A stretch of DNA of 64,000 nucleotides from assembly GCA_017560945.1 (NCBI GenBank), contig JAFZDY010000007.1:4307-68306 (forward strand), read 5' to 3'. A model generated the notes under the pieces. It was not told where the DNA came from. It was given only the letters and a program-made list of their open reading frames with translations, and did not search any database. The number at the start of each line of letters is the position of its first letter. Position 1 is the stretch's first letter. Positions 9,353 to 19,040 of the stretch are shown here, one piece after another. Position numbers and translations under genes: made by a program. This DNA comes from Bacteroidaceae bacterium. Its GTDB lineage: Bacteria; Bacteroidota; Bacteroidia; Bacteroidales; Bacteroidaceae.

Positions 9353-12004
9353 TTATTTTACTGTTACAGTTCCAGTATAACCCTTTTCACCACCTACTAA
9401 TGTAGAAGCGTCAGCGGCTACATCGTTAATCTTGACATTGCTCACTTCTACATTTTCGCATGTTACAGCACAGCCGTATGCTCTACCAACTACTGCACCT
9501 CTTTTGTGTTCAGCTTCGCCACCGTTGAGGTTTGAGTTGTTGATTGAAGAGTTCTTGATAACAACAGAGGTAGTGCTTCCGCTAACGAAACCTACAAAGC
9601 CACCGATAGTACCATTGGCAGCAATAGTAGCATTGTTGATATGTACATTATTTATTTCAATGTTTGCACCTTGGAGGTCAGACCAAATAGCACTTGCATA
9701 ACTATAACCAGCTGGAGTAGCAAGATTCTCAATGAAGAGGTTCTTCACCACCTTATCGCCAGGATTAGCATCACCTCTAAAGAGCGATGTTGCATAACCG
9801 CCCTGCACTGCAGTTACGACATTAGAAATCTTATGACCAGCGCCATCGAATGTGGAATTTTTCCAAAGTTCGATAGGCTTATTCATTGCTGCACCTTCGA
9901 AGTCAATGTCTGCATTAAGCATAACGTATGCATCTGTTGCCTTGAGATTGTTAAGTTCTTCGGCAGTGGAAATCATAATAACAGTTTTACCAGCAGGAGT
10001 TTTAACCTCGTAGTTTCCATAAGGAGCAGCATCACCCACCTGAACGAATTCAAAACCGTCGATGATAACCTTGCTACCTGCGCAATTTGATAAAGTGTAT
10101 CCACGACCTACATAACCGAGGTAGTCAAGGGGAGTAGCTACTGTGCCATCAGCGTTCATACCAGATACCTTACCAGTGTATGAGCAGTTCTCGAGTGTGC
10201 AAACCTTAGTCTTGCCATCGGCCCAACCACCAGCGATACCACCTACGCGGTATTCGTCGTTGTGGCGATTCTCGCGACCAGCCACAACAGCTACATCGCC
10301 AGTAGTGTGGCAATTTACAAACTTAGAGTCACCAGCAGCGATACCTACAAGACCACCAGCGAAGAACTTGTTAGCAGTAACGTTGATATTTGAAGTACAG
10401 TTTTCGAATACCATCTTACCCTGGAGCTGACCTGCAAGAGCACCTACGTTGTTATTAGCAATAAGTGAGCTACCTTCGTTTGCAATCACGTGCACGTTCT
10501 TCATGGTAACATTACCATATGAGTTACCACCAGCCACTACAGCTACGCGGCTTGCTCCGTTAGCAGTCTGTGTAGCGTAAACAGTGATATCACCCTTCAT
10601 AGTTACGTTCTCGATAGTTGAAGTACCTTCCAAAGAACCTGCTACTGCACCGATGTGACCCTGGCTGTGGTCGATATCCAAGCAAGGAATGTTGATATAG
10701 ACGTTCTCGAAGTTTACGTTCTTGATAGTAGCATCCTGAGCATAACCGAAGAAACCGATGTATGCCTTACCTTCCTTAGCCTCTGTCTCAATGAGAGCAA
10801 GATTCTTGATGGTATAACCATTACCATCGAATGTTCCTGTGAAAGGCTTTTCGCTTGAACCGATAGGTGTCCAGTTGCTTGCAAAACTACGAGTGGATGC
10901 AAGGTCAATGTTTCCATCCAATACGATGCTGCAGTCAGTCTCGATGCTACCGTCGTTGATACCTTCGGCAATCTGCTGCAAACCTTTTGCTGAATTTGCA
11001 GTGTAATTGACTCCATCATATTTGAAGTCTTTAAGTTCAACACCATTGTTCTCATCCCATTCCTCGATTTCATCTACATTGAACAAGATGGGTGAAATGC
11101 CAAGGTTAGAAGCGTCGAGGGTAGCGTTGAAGTTGTAAGCCTTACCCATTTCGAGAGCTACACCAGTAACAACAGAAGTTTCGTTGAAAGTGTGTGCAGG
11201 GAGTTCACCCATGTAGAGATCTACAGTGAAGGTGATATTGTAAGTGTAATTTCCATCGGTAGGAATGGTGAAACGCTCTACATTGCACTGTGCGTTGGTG
11301 TTGCTCAGCTCGCCTACGTTACCGAACTCGAGTGTAAGGGGAGCGGCATTTGTTGCAAGAGTCCAATCGTCGATGTTATCCCACCAGTTTTCCACTGCGA
11401 GGTTGATAGAACCCTTGCTGGGTACTTGCATGGTGATGCCACGAACCACGAGACGTGTATTCTCGTTGGGGAAACCGTTCTTGAAAGAGAACTTTAGCTT
11501 AGAGAGAAGGTGGTTGAAAGTCAAACCTACCTTGCCAGGTACCTTGTTGATATCTGCCTCGGTAGTTACTGAAGTAGCTGCATAGATGAGGTCTTCAGAA
11601 CCGTTTTTGTTCTCGAAAGTGACAGTACCTACACCAAGTGTGTTGGCATTCTCAGTATTCAAGCTCCAGTTTGCACTGTTCATAGGAGCCAATGCGCCGA
11701 AATAGAAGGTGTGATTGGGCAACCAGTACTGAGTGTGGAGGTAAGTCCACTCATCGCCATTCTTAGTTACATCCTCACCCACGAGTACCTTACCCTTGGG
11801 TTCATCCATAAATGCCCATACGTCGAAGCCTTGGATGTTGTTCACAGTAAGGCTGGGGTCTTCTGCTACACCTGCACGAGTGGCGTTCTCAATAGAGGGA
11901 CCTGCAAAATCAATTGCATAAGGAGATTGCATGTCCAAAGTCTCCTCGTTGTTACAAGCTACCAATGCAGAGGCAGCAAGAACGGTATACATTAATTTCT
12001 TCAT
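9353..12004 (-). CDS. Fimbrillin domain plus GLUG/beta-helix-like C-terminal region (candidate tip adhesin); start moved to MKKLMYTVL
   Basis: LVAC lipobox, ATRA, fimbrillin motifs, then NWTPIG..FTGTFDGNGYTIKNL and repeated VGALAG/AGGLVG/VGGIAG motifs. Confidence 0.85.
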   Translation of the reverse strand: MKKLMYTVLAASALVACNNEETLDMQSPYAIDFAGPSIENATRAGVAEDPSLTVNNIQGFDVWAFMDEPKGKVLVGEDVTKNGDEWTYLHTQYWLPNHTFYFGALAPMNSANWSLNTENANTLGVGTVTFENKNGSEDLIYAATSVTTEADINKVPGKVGLTFNHLLSKLKFSFKNGFPNENTRLVVRGITMQVPSKGSINLAVENWWDNIDDWTLATNAAPLTLEFGNVGELSNTNAQCNVERFTIPTDGNYTYNITFTVDLYMGELPAHTFNETSVVTGVALEMGKAYNFNATLDASNLGISPILFNVDEIEEWDENNGVELKDFKYDGVNYTANSAKGLQQIAEGINDGSIETDCSIVLDGNIDLASTRSFASNWTPIGSSEKPFTGTFDGNGYTIKNLALIETEAKEGKAYIGFFGYAQDATIKNVNFENVYINIPCLDIDHSQGHIGAVAGSLEGTSTIENVTMKGDITVYATQTANGASRVAVVAGGNSYGNVTMKNVHVIANEGSSLIANNNVGALAGQLQGKMVFENCTSNINVTANKFFAGGLVGIAAGDSKFVNCHTTGDVAVVAGRENRHNDEYRVGGIAGGWADGKTKVCTLENCSYTGKVSGMNADGTVATPLDYLGYVGRGYTLSNCAGSKVIIDGFEFVQVGDAAPYGNYEVKTPAGKTVIMISTAEELNNLKATDAYVMLNADIDFEGAAMNKPIELWKNSTFDGAGHKISNVVTAVQGGYATSLFRGDANPGDKVVKNLFIENLATPAGYSYASAIWSDLQGANIEINNVHINNATIAANGTIGGFVGFVSGSTTSVVIKNSSINNSNLNGGEAEHKRGAVVGRAYGCAVTCENVEVSNVKINDVAADASTLVGGEKGYTGTVTVK

Positions 12005-12042
12005 GATGATTTTTAATATTTTATTTTTTGTTCTTCTGTTAA

Positions 12043-14520
12043 TTATTTCAAGCCCTCTGCTGCTCCAGGAGTCCAAGCTGCACCATCCTTAACGTTATTG
12101 CTAACAACTTTTGTGGCATTTGTTGTATTGATGCTGAACCAATCTTTTGCAGGGTGTTCTGTGCTGTTAGTAATAGTATTGTTAGTGAATGTAAAGGTGT
12201 GACCCGCTGTGAAACTACCAGCTTTAACCAAACCACCTGTACAGTTTTCGAAAGTACAACCAGTAACCGTCAAATCACCAGGGTATTCACCATATTGTGG
12301 CATAATTGCCCAAGACTTGATGAGGCTGAAAGTACATCCTTCAACAACGAGAGAGTTGTAACCACCAGCAGACATTGTGTAAATAGGATAACCCATGTTT
12401 GAGAATACACAATCCTTAAGTACGATAGTAGCATTAGGATTTTGTCCATAAATACCGCGACCTTTTTTCTCTCCTGTACCAACAAAAGTACAGTTTTCTA
12501 CTACAAGATTTTCAATCTGTGCATCGGCATGGATTACGATACCGCTATTAACATTTGAACCACCATCGTATACAAAATTTACATTCTGAAGAGTTACATT
12601 TTCAATTTTAGAGTCTGCAACTGTTACGAATGTCATTACTGCTCCCTCTTTACCAATGATTGTTACATCCTTAAGCTCGCCAACGGTAACAGAACCATAA
12701 TTAGTATTCTCAGACAAAAGGACGATACCATTATCAAGGTTACCACTAAGGGCTTCAGACAATATAACTGAAGTAGATGCTATAACAGAAGTCTGTCTTT
12801 CTACTTTCACGAGTGCACCATTAACCACTACCTTATCAGCATAAGCTTTTGAATCCTCGTCTACCCATACTGCAAAATTAGTATCTTCTTCTACATCGGT
12901 GATGTTGATATTCTCTACATTGATCTCAGCACCAGCTACTGACTTCACTACGATGGCAGCCTTTTTGACTGTGTTGAAAGTAGCATCGTCGATGCACAAA
13001 GTAACCTTGGCAGGAGCTGATACATACTGTTCGTCAATCTTGATACCGCGTCCATCAGAGTTGATTGTCAAATCGTTGATGTCGACATGTTGCCCCTTGG
13101 CTGAAATCCATATAGCGTAGTAGTCGTGAGTCTCGTTGATGGTTACGTTGTTGAGTGATACATTCTTATTTGCATTGGTGAAAGCAATAGCCTTTTCGAA
13201 TTCAACATCCTCAATGACATAGTTACAGTTGGCAAAGCATAAGTCGTATGAGTTCCAAGTACCAGATGTCTGTGAACTTGTCATAATACCGTTCTTGATA
13301 GTGAAGATGGCTTCGTTGTTCTTTGCACCAAGACCTGACCAATAGGTAGTAGTGACATTGAGTGTGTGGCCATTCAAGTCGATGGTGATGTATTCAGTGT
13401 TTTCACCACCCAACTTGTATTCACCGCTACCAGGAGTCTGAGTGCCGAGTGAAGAGATGGGCAAATCGATGTCGTTATTCAATACAAGATTGATTGACTT
13501 CTCGTTAGCAGTTAAAGCTGCAGCCATACTTGCTGCATCTTTAATCCATACCTGACCGGGAGTAGAGGGAACGTTGTTACTCTCAATCCATTCGTCTACC
13601 TTTTCAACCTTGAACTCGATAGGAGAAATACCCAAGTTTGAAGCATCGATAGTGGCCTTGAAGTTGTAAGCCTTTCCTATTTCGAGAGCTACGCCAGTAA
13701 CAGTAGATGTGAGGCCTTCGAATTCATGACCAAGACGGTCGCCCATAAAGAGGTCTACATCGAATGTGATGGTGTATACACGCTCACCAGTTGCGGGAAT
13801 AGAGAGGCGCTCGTAAGCACACTCGTCCTCTTCACCCTTGGACAAACAAACTACATCACCAAATGCAAGTGTAATGTTCTCGGTAGAGGGAACCCAAGCC
13901 GCATTGTCTGTAGCGAGGTTGATAGTACCCTCTGCAGGTGAAGTCATGCGGATGTTCTTCACCACGATTTCTGCGTTGTCATTGGGGAATCCGTTGGTGA
14001 AAGTGAACTTCACCTTAGAAAGAAGGTGGTTGAAGGTCAGAGCTACCTTTTCATAAGTATCATTGAGATTATCAGATGTTTCTACTGTAGTAGAAGCATA
14101 GAGGAGGTCCTCAGTACCATCTACGTTAGTGAAAGAAACAATACCTGCACCTGTGAGGTTGTCATTTCCAACATTGGTATTCAACTCCCAATTGTCGCTG
14201 TTCATAGGAGCCAATGCACCAAAGAAGTAGGTGTGACCAGGCAACCAGTACTGAGTTTGTTCATAAGTCCAGTCTGTACCATTCTTGGTTACATCTTCGT
14301 CCACCAAAATGATACCATTGCGTGCATCCATGAATGCCCATACATCGAAACCATCGATAGTGCTGGTAGTGGTGCTGGGGTCTTGCGCTGCACGTGTAGA
14401 GTTCTCTACAAATGCACCCGCGAAATCAATCGCATAAGGAGATTGCATGTTCAAAGTCTCCTCGTTGTTACAAGCTACCAATGTACCGATAGCAAGCACT
14501 GAAATCATAAGTTTTTTCAT
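12043..14520 (-). CDS. Fimbrillin domain plus C-terminal beta-helix-like region (candidate tip adhesin); start moved to MKKLMISVL
   Basis: LVAC lipobox, STRA, fimbrillin motifs, then ITIDLNGHTL and LVVENCTF/LVVEGCTF/LTVTGCTF coils. Confidence 0.85.
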   Translation of the reverse strand: MKKLMISVLAIGTLVACNNEETLNMQSPYAIDFAGAFVENSTRAAQDPSTTTSTIDGFDVWAFMDARNGIILVDEDVTKNGTDWTYEQTQYWLPGHTYFFGALAPMNSDNWELNTNVGNDNLTGAGIVSFTNVDGTEDLLYASTTVETSDNLNDTYEKVALTFNHLLSKVKFTFTNGFPNDNAEIVVKNIRMTSPAEGTINLATDNAAWVPSTENITLAFGDVVCLSKGEEDECAYERLSIPATGERVYTITFDVDLFMGDRLGHEFEGLTSTVTGVALEIGKAYNFKATIDASNLGISPIEFKVEKVDEWIESNNVPSTPGQVWIKDAASMAAALTANEKSINLVLNNDIDLPISSLGTQTPGSGEYKLGGENTEYITIDLNGHTLNVTTTYWSGLGAKNNEAIFTIKNGIMTSSQTSGTWNSYDLCFANCNYVIEDVEFEKAIAFTNANKNVSLNNVTINETHDYYAIWISAKGQHVDINDLTINSDGRGIKIDEQYVSAPAKVTLCIDDATFNTVKKAAIVVKSVAGAEINVENINITDVEEDTNFAVWVDEDSKAYADKVVVNGALVKVERQTSVIASTSVILSEALSGNLDNGIVLLSENTNYGSVTVGELKDVTIIGKEGAVMTFVTVADSKIENVTLQNVNFVYDGGSNVNSGIVIHADAQIENLVVENCTFVGTGEKKGRGIYGQNPNATIVLKDCVFSNMGYPIYTMSAGGYNSLVVEGCTFSLIKSWAIMPQYGEYPGDLTVTGCTFENCTGGLVKAGSFTAGHTFTFTNNTITNSTEHPAKDWFSINTTNATKVVSNNVKDGAAWTPGAAEGLK

Positions 14521-14569
14521 AACCTTATTAGTTTTATGTTGTTTAATTATTATTTTTTTCGTGATTTTA

Positions 14570-15565
14570 TCACTTGTCAGTGTCGATGTCTGTATTGTCC
14601 GCAATCTCCCATCCCTTGACTACGACATCGAATTCGATTTGATCGAGGTTGAGGTTCTCGGGGTTGATAGCTGCGGTGAAGTTGTATGACTTACCCATCT
14701 CGAGAGCTACGTTGTTGACAACGGAGGTCTTTTCGACCTTATAGGCGTGTACATTGCCCACGTAGATGTCGATGTCGAATGTGACGGTGTAGGTGTGACC
14801 CTTGACAGTGGGGATGGTGAGGCGGGCATTGGTGCTCGCGGGCTCGGCGTTGATGTCGAGCGTGGGGAGGTCGTCGAAGGCGAGTTGGATGGTGTCGCTA
14901 TCGGGTGTCCAGTCCTCCTTGTTATCCCACCAGTTGGGTACAGCGAGGTCGATGGTCGCACTTTTGGGAGCGCTCATGCGTATGTTGCTTACCTTCACGG
15001 TAACATTGTCGGTCTCGAAGCCGTTGGCAAAGGTGAACTTCACCTTGGAGAGCAGGTGGCTGAAGAAGAGCTTCACCGGGGGCATTTCGTCGCCGAGGGT
15101 CATGCCCACGGTAGAGACAGTGGTGGCAGAATAGAGGAGGTCCTCGGAGCCGTCCACATTGGTGAACGAGAGTTTGCCTGCGCCGTATTCGTTAGCTACA
15201 GAGGTGTCGAGTGTCCAGTTGGCATTGGCCACGGGAGCTACGGCACCGAAGTAGTAGGTGTGATCGGGCCACCAGTACTCTTCCTTTTCGTATGTCCATG
15301 TATTATCCTCGCCCTTGGATACTACGTTGCCATTCAGGATTGCGCCGCCAGGATTTTCCATGCATGCCCATACCTTGAACGCGTCGATGGCCTTGGTGCC
15401 GTTTTCTCCGTTGGTGCTAATGCTGGGGTCGGCAGTGGCACGTGTCTTATAGACGAATGCTTCGCCGAATGCAATGGCTGTAGGAGACGGCTGCTGGAGT
15501 GTCTCCTCGTTGTTGCAGGCCACCAATGTGCAGATAGCAAGAACGGATAATATGATCTTTTTCAT
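14570..15565 (-). CDS. Fimbrillin-family pilin lipoprotein; stand-alone paralog of the N-domains of the three large pilins
   Basis: LVAC lipobox, KTRA, FTNVDGSEDLLY, FSHLLSKVKFTF, VALEMGKSYNF, IEFDVVVKGW. Confidence 0.9.
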   Translation of the reverse strand: MKKIILSVLAICTLVACNNEETLQQPSPTAIAFGEAFVYKTRATADPSISTNGENGTKAIDAFKVWACMENPGGAILNGNVVSKGEDNTWTYEKEEYWWPDHTYYFGAVAPVANANWTLDTSVANEYGAGKLSFTNVDGSEDLLYSATTVSTVGMTLGDEMPPVKLFFSHLLSKVKFTFANGFETDNVTVKVSNIRMSAPKSATIDLAVPNWWDNKEDWTPDSDTIQLAFDDLPTLDINAEPASTNARLTIPTVKGHTYTVTFDIDIYVGNVHAYKVEKTSVVNNVALEMGKSYNFTAAINPENLNLDQIEFDVVVKGWEIADNTDIDTDK

Positions 15566-15618
15566 TGATAACGAGTTTGTAAGTTAGTTATAATTTCTCT
15601 TAAGCTTTCTGTTTTGGG

Positions 15619-16641
15619 TTAAAGGGGGAGGGGGATGTCTTCGTATTCGCCCCAGTCGTTGACCTCGACGTCGAAGGCTCCTGAACCTGAGGTACCTTGT
15701 GAAGGTTCGATGACAATGCCATCTACTACGATGACTCCTCCGTGAGGCTGTGCCTGTACCTGGTCGGTAACATCGAAGTCGAAGTTAATCATGCTACCGT
15801 TTCGGAGCATAACCTCGAGGTTGAGTGCGTGGCGGGGCTGTTCGGCACGGCTGGGATAGTTGTCATTGGGGTATGCGGGAATACCGAATGAGTTTACCAA
15901 GGCACGAACTCCGAAGTCGGTCACCTCGCAGTCGTAGAGGAGGGTGGCTCCCTCGGCAGATGTCTCACCAGTGCTGATGAGAACTGAACGTGCCATACCT
16001 GACAGGGCTCCGCGTGCCATAGCTACGTACTCCTGACCTTCGGCGAACTCGTAACGTACCTTGTAGGTGAATACTAACGGATGCAGGGTGACTTCCACTT
16101 CGTGGGGTTCGAGAACCTTTTCCACCTCGAAGTCGGCAAAGTAGTTGGCATAGAGTATGTCGGGGGGGGTTATGGTCTCCTCGCCATCGTTGGCATAACG
16201 ACTACCATTATATGTAGCGCGTGTGCGTGTACGTGTAGAGGCTCGTGTGGTGGCTGTGTTTTCACCACGTGAGAAGACGATGTACTCGGTGTCGTTGTTG
16301 TAGAACAATACATCGTTGAGTCCTTCGTAAAGGGTAACGACACCACCATCGGCACTGATGTTGTGGGTGTTGCTGTTTCCTCTCTTGTTGCTATTGACTA
16401 CACGCAGACCTTCGGGTTTGCCCGGGCGCAATGATTCGTAGTCGAGATAGTGGTCGGGCCACTGTTGTTTCCACTCAAAGCCGTACTTGTTGTATTCCTC
16501 CCACTCCATGCGGTACTCGGGCAACACATGTATGTGGTAACGATGTGCGTGTTCGCGGTGATCAACGCACAAGTCCTTGTGTTCACATGCTGTAGCAGCG
16601 AGGAGCAGTATCATGAGTGAAGCTTGCCAAAGTCTTTTCAT
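15619..16641 (-). CDS. DUF5119-family lipoprotein (FimB/Mfa2-like anchor/assembly subunit)
   Basis: TACEHKDLC N-terminus, LFYNNDTEYI, TRASTRTRTRATY, C-terminal AFDVEVNDWGEYEDIPL; lies directly after the DUF3575 gene. Confidence 0.85.
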   Translation of the reverse strand: MKRLWQASLMILLLAATACEHKDLCVDHREHAHRYHIHVLPEYRMEWEEYNKYGFEWKQQWPDHYLDYESLRPGKPEGLRVVNSNKRGNSNTHNISADGGVVTLYEGLNDVLFYNNDTEYIVFSRGENTATTRASTRTRTRATYNGSRYANDGEETITPPDILYANYFADFEVEKVLEPHEVEVTLHPLVFTYKVRYEFAEGQEYVAMARGALSGMARSVLISTGETSAEGATLLYDCEVTDFGVRALVNSFGIPAYPNDNYPSRAEQPRHALNLEVMLRNGSMINFDFDVTDQVQAQPHGGVIVVDGIVIEPSQGTSGSGAFDVEVNDWGEYEDIPLPL

Positions 16642-18332
16642 CGCAGGCCTCCTTTCTTTTCATTAATGTTTCCACGTCCCAAGAGCCATACGAGTGACAC
16701 TTCGACCTTGGTAGGACCTAAGTACTTACGGTTGTTGGTCTCTTGCCATACGTAGTGTCCGTCGATGGGTAGGTATTTTTCATAGATACCCCAGTGGTAA
16801 CCGAAGCCGGCTGCAAAATCGATGTTCAGACGACGTGTGATGGGCATTGAGTAACCGTACTCCAAACCTACTGACCAGCTCCAACGGTCGGCCAGGTATC
16901 CTGTGCCACCGTATTCGAAGTCGTAGGTTACCATCTGTCCGTATGCTCCGACGTGGTGGCCGGTGAGGGGTTTGTTCTTGGCTGCCTTGCCAAACCAGTA
17001 ATGTATGGCGAGATCGCCTCCGTAGGTACGGTGAAACCAATCCCATGAGCTCTCCTTCCACCAAGTGTAGTGCCAGTTGGCATCGATGCTCCAGTTCTTA
17101 CCCAAATAGAACTCTACGCCGATGTTGGGGACCAATGCAAGGTCGTAGAGCATGTTGGTGCTGAGGGACATATAGAAGGGGTTCTTGATACCTTCCTGAT
17201 GGATGATGATGGGCTGTGTGTGTCCATAGCATGTCACAAGGATGGTATCTACACGGGGGTTAGTTGATTCGTTGGGGAGTACAGTGAAGGTGGTCTCTGT
17301 GGCACCTGGTGTGAGTGACTGTATCCACTCGGATGAACAGGTAACAGTGGGTACAGCATTGTCCTTCACATTCTTGGTATAAAGGATGAGGCTATCGGCT
17401 CCTTCAGCATCGAAGTACATAGGACTTTCGGTGAGGAGGGTGAGCTTGGGCTCGGCTGCAGCCTGATTGATGACTACGGGGTATTCCTTGCCGTATGCCT
17501 TGAGGGTAAGTGTGGTAGTACGTGGTTCGGCTACGTAGTTGGGCGCTACGGTGAAGGTGACATCTCCCTCGGTGGGTACGATAGAAAGAACCCAACCGTC
17601 TGCGGCTACGACTTCGGGGACAATGTCGTCGTCGATGCTCTTTTCAAATACAACGAGACTGTCGGATCCCTGCCAAGGGAAGTAGAGGGGACTCTCGGTA
17701 ATGAGGAAGAGTTCGGGCTCGGTCTCCCACCAGAATTCGGCTCTTGCCGATGCGTAACGCATGAGGGGGAACAGTTTGTTGTAAATCCACTGATAAGGAA
17801 CTCCGTTGCGGAGCTTGGTCAACTTGTTGTAACGTTCGTTGATGATGACTCCCTTGCTGTTTGTCGTATACTCGGAGGTGTTGCTGATGATATCGAGCAC
17901 CTCGTCGCGATAGGGAACATCGGGGGTGTTGCGCACCAATGAGTCGAGCATAACCCAGTCGATGCCTGTGGACTCAACTTCGTAGTCGAGCTTGGTGGAA
18001 ATCTTTTGGCTAATCCAATCTGTGATGGCTTGAGCACGTTGCTTTACCAAACGGTCGTTGATCTGCTTACTACCTTCTGGAGAGGCACTGGAAACGATGC
18101 GTATCTGACGGAAACGTGCGGTAGAGTCCTGCGCATAACGATTCACCTCCTGGGCAAAGCGCTCCAGGGTGGCCTTGTTGTCCATGTAGGACTCCTCTAT
18201 CTGATGTGAGCCTTGACGGAAATAGATCCTTACCGACTCATGCTCCTGTCGGTGGATGTGCTTCCCCTGTCCATACGTGTTGTGGGCAAGGAGGAAAATT
18301 CCCATCATGATTGTGACAATTCTCTTGTACAT
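16638..18332 (-). CDS. DUF3575 outer-membrane beta-barrel protein with N-terminal OmpA-like domain and two BACON-like domains
   Basis: IYFRQG..SSASPEG..INDRL..QRA (OmpA-like); two approx. 88-aa repeats with W..TFTV.PN....R....I.Q; C-terminal STNMLYDLALVPNIGVEF...YLGPTKVEVSLVWLLG. Confidence 0.85.
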   Translation of the reverse strand: MYKRIVTIMMGIFLLAHNTYGQGKHIHRQEHESVRIYFRQGSHQIEESYMDNKATLERFAQEVNRYAQDSTARFRQIRIVSSASPEGSKQINDRLVKQRAQAITDWISQKISTKLDYEVESTGIDWVMLDSLVRNTPDVPYRDEVLDIISNTSEYTTNSKGVIINERYNKLTKLRNGVPYQWIYNKLFPLMRYASARAEFWWETEPELFLITESPLYFPWQGSDSLVVFEKSIDDDIVPEVVAADGWVLSIVPTEGDVTFTVAPNYVAEPRTTTLTLKAYGKEYPVVINQAAAEPKLTLLTESPMYFDAEGADSLILYTKNVKDNAVPTVTCSSEWIQSLTPGATETTFTVLPNESTNPRVDTILVTCYGHTQPIIIHQEGIKNPFYMSLSTNMLYDLALVPNIGVEFYLGKNWSIDANWHYTWWKESSWDWFHRTYGGDLAIHYWFGKAAKNKPLTGHHVGAYGQMVTYDFEYGGTGYLADRWSWSVGLEYGYSMPITRRLNIDFAAGFGYHWGIYEKYLPIDGHYVWQETNNRKYLGPTKVEVSLVWLLGRGNINEKKGGLR

Positions 18333-18513
18333 TATCTTTTCTCCAATCTTTTTTAGTCGCTTTTAACTCTTTCAATTCAACAAACTTCGCAGGATTATGT
18401 TCTCATTGCGAGCCTGTTTATTTATGTTTTGCATTGCATATCAATCATTTGGATGTTGATTTGATGCCACCCAACACACCCCTTTCCCCAGAAGGGGAGA
18501 GTATATGAGTTTG

Positions 18514-18545
18514 CAAAACTATAAACAATTAATGAAATGAACAAA
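18514..18545 (-). promoter_or_regulatory. Bacteroidota sigma-A promoter of the pilus operon
   Basis: TTTG (18545-18542), N20, TAGTTTTG (18521-18514); matches TTTG-N19-21-TAnnTTTG. Confidence 0.75.
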
Positions 18546-18945
18546 CTTTTTGAATAAAAAATTTTAAATTTTGCCATTTTTTTTTTTCTATCCGAGGGAT
18601 CCTTTCAAGGGACGCTTTTTGTATTACATACTAATGTTCGTAGAGGAGTGTAAGCATGATGGTTGTGCTGATGTAATGTGAGTTCGGTGTATTCGATGTT
18701 AAGGATTATAAAGAACTTTCATTACGAATAAATAATTTGTATATTTGGATTTACTTATTTTTACCTATCTTGCCTAATTTCTTTACAATTTGTCAGTTGA
18801 AATAATGTATATAAAGAGGGGAAAAGTAATAAATATGCAGAAATTTATTGGCTTAGCACCTTGATATTGTATGATTATTCAGAAAACAAGGCTTTAAAAG
18901 CTTCTTATTGGTAAGCAAAAAAACAGAAGAAAAAGGGATTTTGAG

Positions 18946-19040
18946 CTTAACCTTTATTTGGTCACGCTTAAGCATTATTTTGGTAACGCTTAAGTGTAAA
19001 TTTGGTAACGCTTAAGCCTGGCTAAATAACGCTTAAGCGT
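18946..19040. repeat. 21/22-bp-period array with palindromic CTTAAG core (5 units)
   Basis: Cores at 18946 (cttaac), 18967, 18989, 19011, 19032; consensus TAACGCTTAAGC plus about 10 variable nt. Confidence 0.85.

Noticed and set aside
6671-15565. Diversity-generating retroelement or site-specific shufflon acting on pilins
   Set aside because: No reverse transcriptase or recombinase; repeat differences are not adenine-specific; all repeats are direct and in complete genes
18946-19040. CTTAAG arrays (also 35551-35706) as CRISPR
   Set aside because: Repeat about 12 bp and degenerate, spacers about 10 bp, no cas genes; far below CRISPR dimensions
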